From positions 20,708,001 through 20,772,000 of the forward strand of contig CM119377.1 in assembly GCA_051294905.1 (NCBI GenBank): DNA of 64,000 bases, given 5' to 3'. The number at the start of each line of letters is the position of its first letter. Within the stretch, counting starts at the first letter, position 1. Shown piece after piece: positions 34,316-45,864 of the stretch. A program made the position numbers and the translations under genes. Under the pieces are notes generated by a model. The model searched no databases. It was not told where the DNA came from and saw nothing but the letters and a program-made list of their open reading frames with translations. The stretch is from Botryllus schlosseri. Taxonomy: Eukaryota.

Positions 34316-37300
34316 CCCTATATTCTCCACCGGCTCAAAACCTCTACATTAGAATATATCTTAGAATTAGAATATGAATTTACATCACTACAATCATTTT
34401 GGTACAGCGGATCATATGTCTATTTTCCCGCCAATCTGTGGGCCCCACATTAGATTCGTTAGCCAAGATCAGGGTGTCAATTATTTTATGACAGATGGAT
34501 AACCAAATTTCATGAAGTTTAATGCGTGTTGGAGGACAGCATATCGTAACGTCGCTCCAAGACAAGCTACATATTTTTGAATTACAATGATGGTTATGTC
34601 AAATAGATATTGCGTGATGATCATACCAAAGCGCAGAAAATTATTTCCAAGTTCAACAAATTGATAAAAATATTCATGTTACCTTTACATTCTCAGAATC
34701 TACGATTTTAAAACTCCCTTGGTAGTTTACGGAGTGGAAGTGCAAGTTGAAATGCAAGTTGTAACTCGACAGCGGTTGAATATCATTCGTTTATATGATA
34801 TTTAGATTTGATTCGATTTGAATATTCATTATTAATATTATCTTACTTCATATGTGCGTAGCGCTACTTGGATGTCTTCAAATAGATGTCGACCGGGGTG
34901 GGTGAGTGATAAATCGCAATTTCAGATATGAACATAGATAGTGAGCGATTTTCTGAGGTATGCAATCAACTTGACAAATCGAAAGTAGGATTATTGCCAT
35001 GATTCTGGCAAAACTGCCAAAGTATGGAAAAAGTATGGAAGTATGGAAATAACATTCCATACCATACTTGGGAAATCTCCATACCATACCATACTTGCAC
35101 TCTTCCATATTCCATACCGAAATTTCGTTCCATACCATACCAGACTTCCATACCATTCCATACCATACCATGCCCTGCAGTGGATACGTTGTTACCAGTA
35201 TGATTTCTCGAAAGTACCGATGAATAAAATTTAGGTAGCGGGTTGGCGTGGTTCCGTTCACACAGGGATATCTCGAATTAGATATCTAGATATCCCTGCA
35301 TTCACACCACATTGTCCCCTTTCGCCCATATGAAATAATTCATCACAGCATACGTGGATCATCAAAACGCTTGAAACTGATGTTTCGCAATTTAGCATTT
35401 ACTTGTCATATCGTAATCTAGCATGCCCATGGCGCGCCCTAACCTGGCAAAGTGGACTCGGACATTTTTTGTTAGTTTTAGAGCTGTTTTAGCATACCAC
35501 CTTTGAAACTTTCTGGACTAAAGGCATGAAAAACGTGTTCCGCTTTTAGAAGTCGAATTTATGTTTCATTTTCAATTCCCAGTATCATATACTTTGAATT
35601 ATAATTAAAATCAGTTCTTTTGTCTGGATAACATACATGTTGAAGTATAAAAGCAAGTGTGGTAGCCTAATGCCTTTAATTTCCGGAAATAAAGCTACAC
35701 AATATCGCATTTTTACGGTCCACCATATTTTCTATTAACGTTTACTAATCGTGCAAAGTGTTTACACCGTATCCTATACAACTTCTCCGTATTGCTCTTC
35801 GACTAAACTACGGACCTTATAATATGGGGGATGGCGCCATACCATGCTATTTTCTAAAACGTGCTGTTCGAGAAAAAAGAGGATAAGTATCGAATTTCCA
35901 TATCAATCCTATCATTTTCTTCCCATGATGTGGACGAATGCTTATGCTATCGAAAATTGGATACCTGCTGGTATGCATCAATATGAATCAAGCTCGTCAC
36001 CTTTCGCATAGCTCAATTTGCACCTTTTTACAATCCATGTGGACGAATTAGGATCGTTTTCACAACTACTTACTTACTTGAGTACTTTTAAAGTCAGTCA
36101 ATTCTACTTCTACTTCAAGTAGTTTTAGGGTGCTTATGAAAGAAGGACTTCTACTTGTACTTGAGTAGATTTTTCCGTCGCTACTTCTACTTCTACTTGA
36201 GTAGCTTTCTTGACTACTTTGACCACCTCTGCATATATCACAATTAAGCATGCCTCATACTTCGAAAAGGAAACTTGACTTGAATTGTGACTTGTCTCGT
36301 GACTTGACTCGAGTCACCTCCAAAATTCGAGTGACTTGACTTGACTCGAGTCACCTTCGAAAATCGATTGACTTGACTTGACTCGAGTCAAAATGCGCAT
36401 TGACTCGAAATGTCTCGTGACTCGAAGGTAGTGTCTTGATCCCAAGACTGCTACTACGACAACGTAACCTGTGATCATTTCGTTTGTGGTCAATATATTT
36501 GTGATGCAATAATGGAGGATCATTCAAACGTGCATTCAGTGAATGCCTGGTTACTCTCACAAGTCACGCAAGGGTATCGCGAACAATACGAACATATGCA
36601 CAAAATACCCTGATTTGATTGATGCCGTTTACTTGATGACTTGAAATTGACTCGTAAATTTTGCTCCGAGTCACGAGTCAATCCGCATTTTTGAAGCACC
36701 GAGTCAAGTCAAGTCATTTTTGTAAAGTGACTCGAGTCAAGTCAAGTCATACGAAAAAGTGACTCGAGTCAAGTCATGACTCGAGTCATCCCATCACTGC
36801 TGACCATATTCGGTTAACAGTGAGACAAACGATTTTATGGATGAGACGCACTTGTTTCACTCTAAATAAAGTTGCAAAAATGCATTGAACATGGTTGGAC
36901 CCCGAGAGTGAACGGTCATAAACATGGCTTGGACTCTTTGTGCACTATGACTCGACCCTTTGCGTCATGAATTAAACTTGGACTTGACAGGCTGGAGATT
37001 TGAAAATGACTCAAGTTAATTAGGGGGAGAAAAATAAGATTGACCTGTGACTAGGAACCTTGGTACTTAATTACAACCCTGAGAATGATGATATGAGTTG
37101 GAAGAATTTATGGCGTTCAAGTATTATTCATAGCGCGGTTGGCCCTTAGGATCAATCTTGAGAATACAGGTCTTAAAGAGAGACTAATAATATTTGGTTG
37201 TCATTATTATTATATCGCAATCGGGTTTTCTTTGAATACGATTCTGAGATATCGTCAAAAGATTGAGGCAACAACGCACTGAACCAAGCAATAACGATTA

Positions 37301-37758
37301 CACAACACCACCGGAAAACGATATTCAACAATATACAATACCGAGAATGTATATTGCAGAGATTGGACATTACTGAGAATGACACATTACCAATAACGGA
37401 CACTGCCAAGATTGAAAATCACCGACCAGTACATTTCCGAGACTGGACATTATTGCGAATTCATAATACCGAGAAGAGACATTGCTAAAAATTGATATAT
37501 CCGGTAGGCCTATAAAATGCGATTCGAAACTTTATTTTCCTAAATCCGATCTCGCAGGTGACGACTGGCTCATTTCCACACTTTGGCTTTTTTGCCGTCC
37601 CTCTCTCTCTTAGTTTACCGGCCCTCTCTCTTAGTTTATCAAGTCATGTTATGACTTTTTGTGATCTGGCATATGATAAAGGCGTTCGTTTGACAGCAGT
37701 TATGCACAGTTGAGTGTGTGCCTCACACACACTCCATATGCGTGAGGCCTGTAATGAT

Positions 37759-38159
37759 TAGGGTTGCATTTAAAACAAATAGCTGTTTAAAACACCATGT
37801 TTTAAACAGTGTTTTAAACAAAGGCGTCTGAAAAAGAATTTTTTTTTCTAAATTGTATAACTATGCCATAATTGTGTGAGTACTTTCCAAAGATGTTGTA
37901 TGAGCCTACGGACGATTACCACACGACGTATACGATATGGGCTGGTTGAAACCCTCAAAATTGGCGGTTCAACAGCTATAGTACGTAGATATTTCGTTAA
38001 AGGAGCTATATTTACACTGTAGTTTCAATTGTCACGGACAATCCACTATGACGTCACAATTGAATATTCGTGACTTAATGGTTTTAAAAAAACATGTATT
38101 AAACAAGGTGCTTGTTTTAAACATGTTTGTTTCAAATTGAATTTTTTAATGCAACCCTA
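37759..38159. mobile_element. hAT-type MITE (TAGGGTTGCATT TIR, TTTTAAAAC repeats)
   Basis: TSD GTAATGAT / ATAATGAT (7 of 8). Confidence 0.85.
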
Positions 38160-39451
38160 ATAATGATATTATCAACTAAAGCACAACAATGAATTATTTC
38201 GTTTCACAAGTTCGAATACCTGAAAATGCACAGCGACATGCTTATTGCTCATCTATGAAGTCCTTTCGAAGTGATGCAATGTTAGCATGTATTAGCTCGA
38301 TAACCTATCTTGATCCATGTACCCTCTCAATTTTGAAGCCCAACATATAAACGAAAAGCATGTAACCAATGAGTTAATCCAGTTCCACCTTTCTGATGAC
38401 GGATCCCTGGCGAAATATTATTCAAACTGACCAGAACCCAATTTCGTAAGTTAATACTAACAAATATGTAATTTTTGAACACAACGCATTGAACAATGAT
38501 GTGCGACCTTATTATTAGAATCTTGCGATGTTTAAATTGGATTTTCTCAAGTTCTCTAGCGCTGTGATGTCATCCAAATAATGACATTTCTACGGAACCC
38601 TATATTTACCGATGACGTCCTAGTTGGCAAAAGTAACCTCCTCTTTTCTGCGGATGTAAATTAGTAAGAGCTTTCTAGCTGCCAAAATCAGGAAACCGTA
38701 TACCGTGAGATCAAACCGAGATACTTAAATCAGTATTGGGAGTCGACCCACGTGTGGTCAAGTTCGCAAGGCACTCGATGAGGCCACGACCTGTTTGATA
38801 CATTCATTTCTCATTAGACTGCATTAGACGATACACCTAAATTTTCGATGTAAAGAACACTTGTCACCATGAGAATAAGAAAAATCAACACCGCTCAAGG
38901 TGCGATGCGACATAAGTGGAATTGTATAGTTTGTATTTCGTCCAGAACACAAAGAAAGAGAGGTCAAGGTACTTCAATTCAAAGCATGACCTTAATAACT
39001 AAAATCGAAAGCGAAGAAGGCAAGATACTGCTCTTGTACACAGTCATATTTATGACAAGTCGTTCTATGGTCTGTTAATGCATCGTAGCAGCAATGACAG
39101 TGGGGAGGAGCCCAGACCAGCCCGAGGCCCCTCTACACAAGCCACAACCGAGATTCGAAACACTGTCTGTCGTTCTGATGTGATGTAATGTAATGTAATG
39201 TATTGTATTCTGTCGAGGAGAAAGATATACACCACTGCAATGCTTTGGACACGGACAGTCATAGCATATTCAGTTTATTTATCGTGGATCTGTATTCGTT
39301 GAATCGTGGAGCGGACGGACGACCTGAAACAATGAAAGCAATCGTTAGGCACTTCATGACATTGTCTATTGCTAATCAATGTTATGATGCACATTAAGGA
39401 GTACATATTAACCTACGGAAAGCGGTGACATGAAACCGGAAAGTGGGCGGT

Positions 39452-42400
39452 TTATGCTGTAATGTTTGACCTAAATGACTTTGATGGATATGGTACCTTA
39501 ATGAACTTCCTCTTCATTACTTCAATCAGAACCCTCTTCATAGAAGGTACTTCAATTGCGGAGGTGAGTGATGTTAAGTCGTTTCGATGATTTTCGTCCT
39601 GAGCTACGGCTTCGCGCTCCTTAGTATTTGACTGCAGTGTGTTGTCACGTGTTGTAGGTATGAAATGTTGAGAATCAGGACCCATTTGCCTTAACGCTCC
39701 CTTCAGTTTTCGTCTTTGTATAGTTTTCTGAGACAAAAGGTTTCTCATTTTTAAAGACTTGGTTAATTGAACTTCAGCACCTGCAATCGTTGTATGGTGA
39801 GGCAATTGGTCAAGTTCATGCAGCATGACATCGAACATATTCTGCGTGTCTGCAGTGCCGTTACCGCAGGCTTTATCTACAGGATTGGCTAATACTCCAG
39901 AGATATTCGTCGCTTTATTTGATGCCGAATCCGATTCGTTGTCAGTTGCACTGTGACTTTCCTGTGACATGCTTCCATCAGTGAAAGCCCATCCCTTATC
40001 GTCGGGATCTTTCCATTTTCGCAAACAAAATTCCGAATCAGTGGAGGTAAAACTGGATGATAAAGTGTCATCATCACTACAGGATGACATAATTTCTGAT
40101 GGGCAACTTTCGTTTCGAGAATCTTCCTTGCATTGAATTTCCTTTGTGGAGTTCCCATCTTCTTTATATCCATCAAAAGAACCGTACTTACGTTGTATGG
40201 CGTGAGTTCGTTCGGTGTAATCTTTGGTATTACGCATATTTATAGGGCAGGGAGAAATGCACATATGCGTATCGTCAAGATAACAGTTATCAACGCATAG
40301 AGTGTAAGGCGATACGTTGTTGATGCTTTTTACAGCTCCATCACCGCCAGCATGACTAACATCATCTTCCAAATGCTCTTCATACATTTCCAACTTTTCT
40401 ATCTTTCCTATATCATCGTCACAATATGATCCGTTTACCAATTTAACGAAATTGACTGCAGAACCATCTTTACCAGTTTCAGTTGCTTGATCATCTGTTC
40501 GAGCCCCTTCATTTCTCCCAGGGAAACACACTGGCGATTTTGTGAATTCCGAATTGTCCTGAATCGTCTGTAATACCACCTTGCATTTACTCCAACGGTC
40601 CAGCGACTCATGACTATCTATATAGGACAGCTTGTTACATTCTGTTCCGTTGCTCTGCGTCTCACTTGCCGCTCGATTTGTAGCTTTGGGAACAACGTCT
40701 TCACCCCCAATTTTACACGTTAGAAATTCCGTTGCATTAATGGGACTTTGACTGTTTAAAAGAGATTCCGAAATTTGCTCGCGTAGTCCCAATTCTAGAC
40801 GACCTTCGTCACTATCACAAGTTGACGAAATCGATGGTTCTGTGATACGAGGCCGTTTATTTTTCTTTCGCTTCCGCTTTGGTCTTCTTTGTCTGGTATC
40901 TATTTCGCATTCTCTCTCATCTTCAGAATCAGACGATGGCGGTTCTATGATACGTTTATATCGACGACGTTTCGTCGGAGATGCGTCGCCAGCGCCTTTA
41001 CTGCGTAGGAACCCTTCCTGCGAACGAGTGGTTGATGCGTAGTTATTGCATTCGTTCACTGTTAGCTTTTGTTTGACGCCAGAGGAATCCGCTAAAGTCG
41101 CCAGATCTCTAATCTCAGCTTGTTTTGCCGCCTCTAAAACTGATTTGTAGTCATAGCAAAATGGCAGGTCGTTTTCTGAACTCAATTCGTTCATGAGCTC
41201 TCGTTCTTTCGAATTATTCAAATCCGAATAATGAGTTTGAGACTCACCAATTCCATCTATTACATCAGTATATGTATCCAGAGGCGAGAATCCACTACTA
41301 CCAACGTTACTGGCTTGGGGGATCATAGAGCTGTACCCTTCGTTCTGATTCAATTGACTTTCGCCGTTTCGTTCAGCTTCAGTTTCACCTGTAGAGTTGT
41401 GAACAGATAAATCACAGTTCTGCTGCGTTTTCGTGTTTTCCTTCGATGAGAAGAGCGTCGAGGAAACAAAGCCACCATTGTCACCAGAGTGTAACCTTCT
41501 ACAGTAGGCATCGTTTGCCGGTGATGTAGATGGTTCGTCCATGTTGTCACCGATCGTTTCGTCATGCTTCATTGTAACAGAAGGTGAAGGAAAACGAAAC
41601 TGTTCAGAGGTTGAATCCGACAAAATTTTCTGTAGGATCGGTTTACTAGTTCGATGACTGTCCCTTTCCACGTTCCTTTGAGAGCAACAGTTTTCATGCT
41701 GATGTTCGCCGTCTTTGCCGTTAACACTTGTCGAGTTTGAATGGTGAAATTGCGACAGCGAGTTGGCAGGTACAAATAGATCTGTATTATCAGACCCCAG
41801 TGAGATAACACCAGCTGTTTTACTTTGATCCGGCCGCAGGATACTGGGTTGGAGATATGCTTCCGTATTTGGGTTAAATGGCTCTTGATCGTGATTGGAA
41901 ACAAAAAGCTTTGACTGCCCATATTCGCCTGCAGTCATATGCGGCACCATGATGAGACTGCGCGGGACCGATGTCAGGAAAATTGTTCGCACGACCGGTG
42001 CGGACATATTATCATTGATATTTGTTTGACAAGTGTATGCTTGGTGACTTTTTTCTGGTACGGTGCTTCCCAGGGCGGTGACGGTTATTTTTGTGGTCTG
42101 CGGAGTATTGTTGCGTGTTGCAACGACACAGTGTGTGTTAGAGTTTGCTGTTACAATGTTGAGCAACGGTCCAACGTGATTAGACTCACGGGAAGGAGTT
42201 TCAAGATAGTTGCTTTGATCAAGTCTTGATCGACGTATTTGATTCGAGTTGAAAAATTCCGCTGAATGAGAAGCAGAATCAGCGGATGGAAGGCGACGCA
42301 TATCTTCACGAGCCTTGGAATTATCAATCACCCTGGCGGCTCCTTGCATTGATCGAACATTTGACAGTACTTGATGATTTGGTAAAGAACAGGAACCCTT

Positions 42401-43153
42401 CATCAGCACCGATCCCTGTTTGGACTGCCCGTATTTCGTAGCATCGTAGGACTTGCTAGAACTTCCGCAATAGTGTTCAGTAGCTGTTCGATGAGTCCTC
42501 TCTGGTGGTAATGCTGAACCAACACTAACTCCATCTCCGGACATCTGGAATGTGGCTTGTTGCGGTCTATGATCAAGTACAGTGGGAGAAGTACTTCCCA
42601 TCCAATCTGATGTACGTAAGTGGGATGTTCTTACATTTGGTTGAGATGACACGCCATACGAAAAAGCAGGCTCCGAAAACTTACGTAGCGGACGTGCCAG
42701 TCCATGTGTCATAGGGCGAACGTTCCTATTGTGCCCAACGATATAGGCATGATCTGCCGACACATACGGGTTCTGAACAGCAGGTTGATACTCTTCCGAA
42801 ATGTTAGGAGGCACCATAGAGGTTGTAACATTTTGAAATACGGCAGGATTCTGCATGCAGCCGGTACCATCCACATTCGGGCGTGGTACATATTGGGAGC
42901 GGGATGAAGGGAATGCGTTGTGAGAACTGGTGAAGTTGTGTTGAAAGTTTGGCGTAGAATTCAATCCCCAATTTACATAGTTCAATGGTCGACATGCGTT
43001 TCTCTCTGTTCGAAGTGCTTGCCAATTTGACTGGCATCCACGGTATGAATAATTAAATCTCATAGTACTGGATCCGGCAAATCGGCTACTTGCGGTGTTT
43101 GTAAAGGGTGTCGTGTCTTGGGGTGTTTGCATAGCTGGAAATGACGTCACTCC
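39452..43153 (-). CDS. Large single coding exon, about 1230 aa, S/T/N/D-rich, probably disordered nuclear protein of unknown family
   Basis: 1232-codon open frame with no TE insertion. Acceptor cattttcag| at 43154/43153; first ATG at 43132. Basic clusters TKRRRYKR and RQRRPKRKRKKNKRPR flank an acidic stretch. No domain recognised. Confidence 0.85.
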   Translation of the reverse strand, partial: GVTSFPAMQTPQDTTPFTNTASSRFAGSSTMRFNYSYRGCQSNWQALRTERNACRPLNYVNWGLNSTPNFQHNFTSSHNAFPSSRSQYVPRPNVDGTGCMQNPAVFQNVTTSMVPPNISEEYQPAVQNPYVSADHAYIVGHNRNVRPMTHGLARPLRKFSEPAFSYGVSSQPNVRTSHLRTSDWMGSTSPTVLDHRPQQATFQMSGDGVSVGSALPPERTHRTATEHYCGSSSKSYDATKYGQSKQGSVLMKGSCSLPNHQVLSNVRSMQGAARVIDNSKAREDMRRLPSADSASHSAEFFNSNQIRRSRLDQSNYLETPSRESNHVGPLLNIVTANSNTHCVVATRNNTPQTTKITVTALGSTVPEKSHQAYTCQTNINDNMSAPVVRTIFLTSVPRSLIMVPHMTAGEYGQSKLFVSNHDQEPFNPNTEAYLQPSILRPDQSKTAGVISLGSDNTDLFVPANSLSQFHHSNSTSVNGKDGEHQHENCCSQRNVERDSHRTSKPILQKILSDSTSEQFRFPSPSVTMKHDETIGDNMDEPSTSPANDAYCRRLHSGDNGGFVSSTLFSSKENTKTQQNCDLSVHNSTGETEAERNGESQLNQNEGYSSMIPQASNVGSSGFSPLDTYTDVIDGIGESQTHYSDLNNSKERELMNELSSENDLPFCYDYKSVLEAAKQAEIRDLATLADSSGVKQKLTVNECNNYASTTRSQEGFLRSKGAGDASPTKRRRYKRIIEPPSSDSEDERECEIDTRQRRPKRKRKKNKRPRITEPSISSTCDSDEGRLELGLREQISESLLNSQSPINATEFLTCKIGGEDVVPKATNRAASETQSNGTECNKLSYIDSHESLDRWSKCKVVLQTIQDNSEFTKSPVCFPGRNEGARTDDQATETGKDGSAVNFVKLVNGSYCDDDIGKIEKLEMYEEHLEDDVSHAGGDGAVKSINNVSPYTLCVDNCYLDDTHMCISPCPINMRNTKDYTERTHAIQRKYGSFDGYKEDGNSTKEIQCKEDSRNESCPSEIMSSCSDDDTLSSSFTSTDSEFCLRKWKDPDDKGWAFTDGSMSQESHSATDNESDSASNKATNISGVLANPVDKACGNGTADTQNMFDVMLHELDQLPHHTTIAGAEVQLTKSLKMRNLLSQKTIQRRKLKGALRQMGPDSQHFIPTTRDNTLQSNTKEREAVAQDENHRNDLTSLTSAIEVPSMKRVLIEVMKRKFIKVPYPSKSFRSNITA

Positions 43154-45864
43154 CTGAAAATGACAGCTGTTCGGTAAGATGATTATAGAAACCGAGACAC
43201 ATTATCAAGAGCAGGCGGTTTTATCCATCCCAGTAAAATCACACCGTGATTTGTAACATAAACATTTCTTACATTTCATGAAAGTTACAGAGTTCGTCAA
43301 AACTCGAATCAGCATAATCGTATACCGGTACCATGTGCCCATTCACGCTAATGACTGCACAGTGCACAAGTGCACAATGCGCAGCCACAAACTATGATGT
43401 GAAACCTACGCAAGACACACACTGATGGTTCACAAAGCAACATTATGACAAATGTGAAAATTCACTCGCTCATACATGCTTGCATAATGCATACCCTTCC
43501 TTTTGCAACATCGTCACACGGATTCGTAAGAAGTTGATCGTTTCTAGTTGTGGTTATGTTTCATGAGTTTGGCAATTGCTCGCTTAGACCTCGGTAATTT
43601 TATATGCAGCTGGACAGACAGTTTACAGATGCGAAGCCTTTTATATGCGCTGTTGAGGTTGAGGGGCGATATCCTGGAAATGCTAGGAATATTTGAACAA
43701 AAAGAGATATAAACGGCGACATAATGTATAAACACCGTGGGGCGCCACATGTACAACTTGTTTGAGGCCGACGTTTGGAACTCATTTTAGATATTTCGGT
43801 CATCGCCATCGGGACTCCATGGCTTTGGAGTGTACTGCTTAGGTATAGGGTTGAGATATAAGTGTCAGGACTTGCGCGCCAATTTCATCATTAAAACAAA
43901 TGTTTTTCTGTGTGATCGTAGACCATATTGGGCCATCAATCAGAGATCTATACACGCTAGATGGCGCTAATGTTACATTTCTGGGACATGTCCGATGAGA
44001 CTTTTATAGATATATTTGTTGTAGGATGTCTTATTTATCAATATTAATCGACCCCCGACGTTACCCATTGTATTTACCAGTACTGCTGGGTCTTCGGCGA
44101 TACTGTGCGATTTTCCGTGCATAATGGAAGCATTCAATTATGTACTTTCACGCATTACACTTATGCTTATACTACTTAAAGATCGCGTCATGTACATCTG
44201 GAAACTTTCACTAATTTCCAGTGCTGGTAAAGACAGCAATAGGTTCAGGATCATATAGGCAGTTCAGCCAGCTTAGCAACAACCAGACCAGATGCTCGCT
44301 CTATGTAACACTTGCTATGATACTGATGATACTAATCATTGATATAAACATATTGGTTTGCGAGCACTAATCAGACTACTACATTGCCAATTTGGTACGA
44401 GCCTGGTCAAATGTACTCGCTTTAATTCTATCTATAAACTAGTGAACGTCAATCGATATATTGTGATTTTTGTGAATCCGCCGCAGAGCACAGACTCTCT
44501 GAAGTCCGAGTGGTGCTGAATTCATCACTCCGAAAAATGTTATAACGCTTTAACAATTATACTATATCCACCAGTTCTGTGTTAATGTAATGCTACGTCA
44601 TTGAATTTCACTTTCGAAAGCAGGTTATTTCGGTAATTGAATTAAAACGGCTATAAATTGAAAAGTTCAAACCTGCGAGAACGTATGCATTCAAACATAT
44701 AAAAGAGCCTCGTTGTGGATCGGCGACCTCTTCCGCGTAGAATCTTTCAACTGTTGTGTTTCGACTGGTCGTATTCAAGCGGCCGCAGCGAATCCACCAA
44801 GACAGATATAATTACGTGATGAAAAGTATTTATAAATCTGCTGACGGATATATTTTGCTGTGAAACAATGAGGGTAAACAACAGATTGATTGGATCAATT
44901 CTGTACGGCCAAAGGAATTTTGTAAGGCGAATTCGAATGCCTATAGAAGTGGGCTGTACTACAAGTCGGAATCTACGGACCAAAAATAAAGAAACTTGCA
45001 TTGGCGTACATGTCGACCATAGTAGTCGACAAACAACATAAACAACACCTGAAGATACCTTGTTTGCTCTATTATTAAATAATATCATAATGTAGTGAAA
45101 AGCAGCAATTAGTTATTAGCAGGCGATATTTAACATAAATTTTAAGATTTAAAACCTACTGGATACGCCACTGTCGTGAAGAGCTGTATTGTATTGTAAT
45201 GCTGCTGAACAGAACGATGGTCAATTTGATATGTAATAATACTGAGAGGGTTTCGTAAGTTATTGCGAATAACTGATTGGAATTCAAGAAGCCCAGATTT
45301 GCTTTCAGGTTTCTTGCAGAATATGTGGAGTTAGATGGATTAGCAAAGATAAAATACAAAACAACCAGTGACGGATAAGACTGATTGAACACGGCACAGT
45401 TGCGCGCGCTTGATCTCGTATGCTAATGGTAGGTCTGGATGTAAATAATAATAATTTGTAAACCAGACTAAACTTGGAATGCGTGAGGCGTAGACTGTGC
45501 GGGCGGTGAATACTCCCGGTAACAAGCAATGTAGCACTCAGGACGGAAGAGTTCGTTCTTAGGTTGCTCATCTCATTTCTGTCAGAGGAGGTCGCGTTCG
45601 TCTCCAACTACTAGCCACGAGCAGCAAGGTTAAAAATGAGTCCGAATATCTCACATCTGTCCCATCTCTGACTAATCTGTCATGCTATGAATTGTCAAAA
45701 TCAGACTCGAAAATCGTAAAACTCAATTGATTTGAAATGGCGATTGCAGTGAAACCGGATTTTGAATTCACAGACTTCACTCATTCCAATGCTGGAAGAC
45801 AATATACTTAATAATAAAGAAAACAATATACTTGAATGCAGTTTGGAACGATTCAATAACTGGA

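Larger units (their letters stand above)
31710..35176. mobile_element. TIR element with (CCATA)n subterminal arrays
   Basis: Ends agggcatggtatggtatggtatggaatgg / ccattccataccataccatgccct, flanked by direct repeat GCAGTGG(A) at 31703 and 35177. Confidence 0.85.
31417..36231. mobile_element. Non-autonomous hAT-type element (CAGAGGTGGTCA TIR, TACTT-rich subterminal repeats)
   Basis: Perfect TSD CATATATC (31409-31416 and 36232-36239). Confidence 0.9.
28299..36450 (+). mobile_element. MITE family B copy inserted in opposite orientation into another family B copy
   Basis: Halves at 28299-29016 and about 36246-36450. Perfect TSD CTACTACG (28291-28298 and 36451-36458). Confidence 0.9.
27725..36799 (-). 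mobile_element. MITE family B copy, outer confirmed layer of the nest
   Basis: Halves at 27725-28298 and 36459-36799. Perfect TSD CTGACCAT (27717-27724 and 36800-36807). Confidence 0.9.
27485..36812. mobile_element. Tentative outermost, oldest layer of the nest (GGTGGTCA-TIR family)
   Basis: Left end taggggtggtcaaagtagtca. Right end ...tctgaccat|ctgaccatattcg is split by the next layer. Flanks GTCAAGAG / GTTAACAG match 6 of 8. Confidence 0.4.

Noticed and set aside
34380-34565. THAP-like peptide inside the nested element
   Set aside because: Lacks the C2CH spacing and the C-x-x-H-F motif.
43395-43435. ATGATG...CTGA as a C/D box snoRNA
   Set aside because: Imperfect C box, boxes only about 25 nt apart, negligible terminal stem.
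43600-43809. CTCGAPRC resembling a post-SET motif upstream of the large ORF
   Set aside because: No SET-domain exons were found upstream, the following residues do not fit, and splice support is weak. Could be revisited with cDNA.
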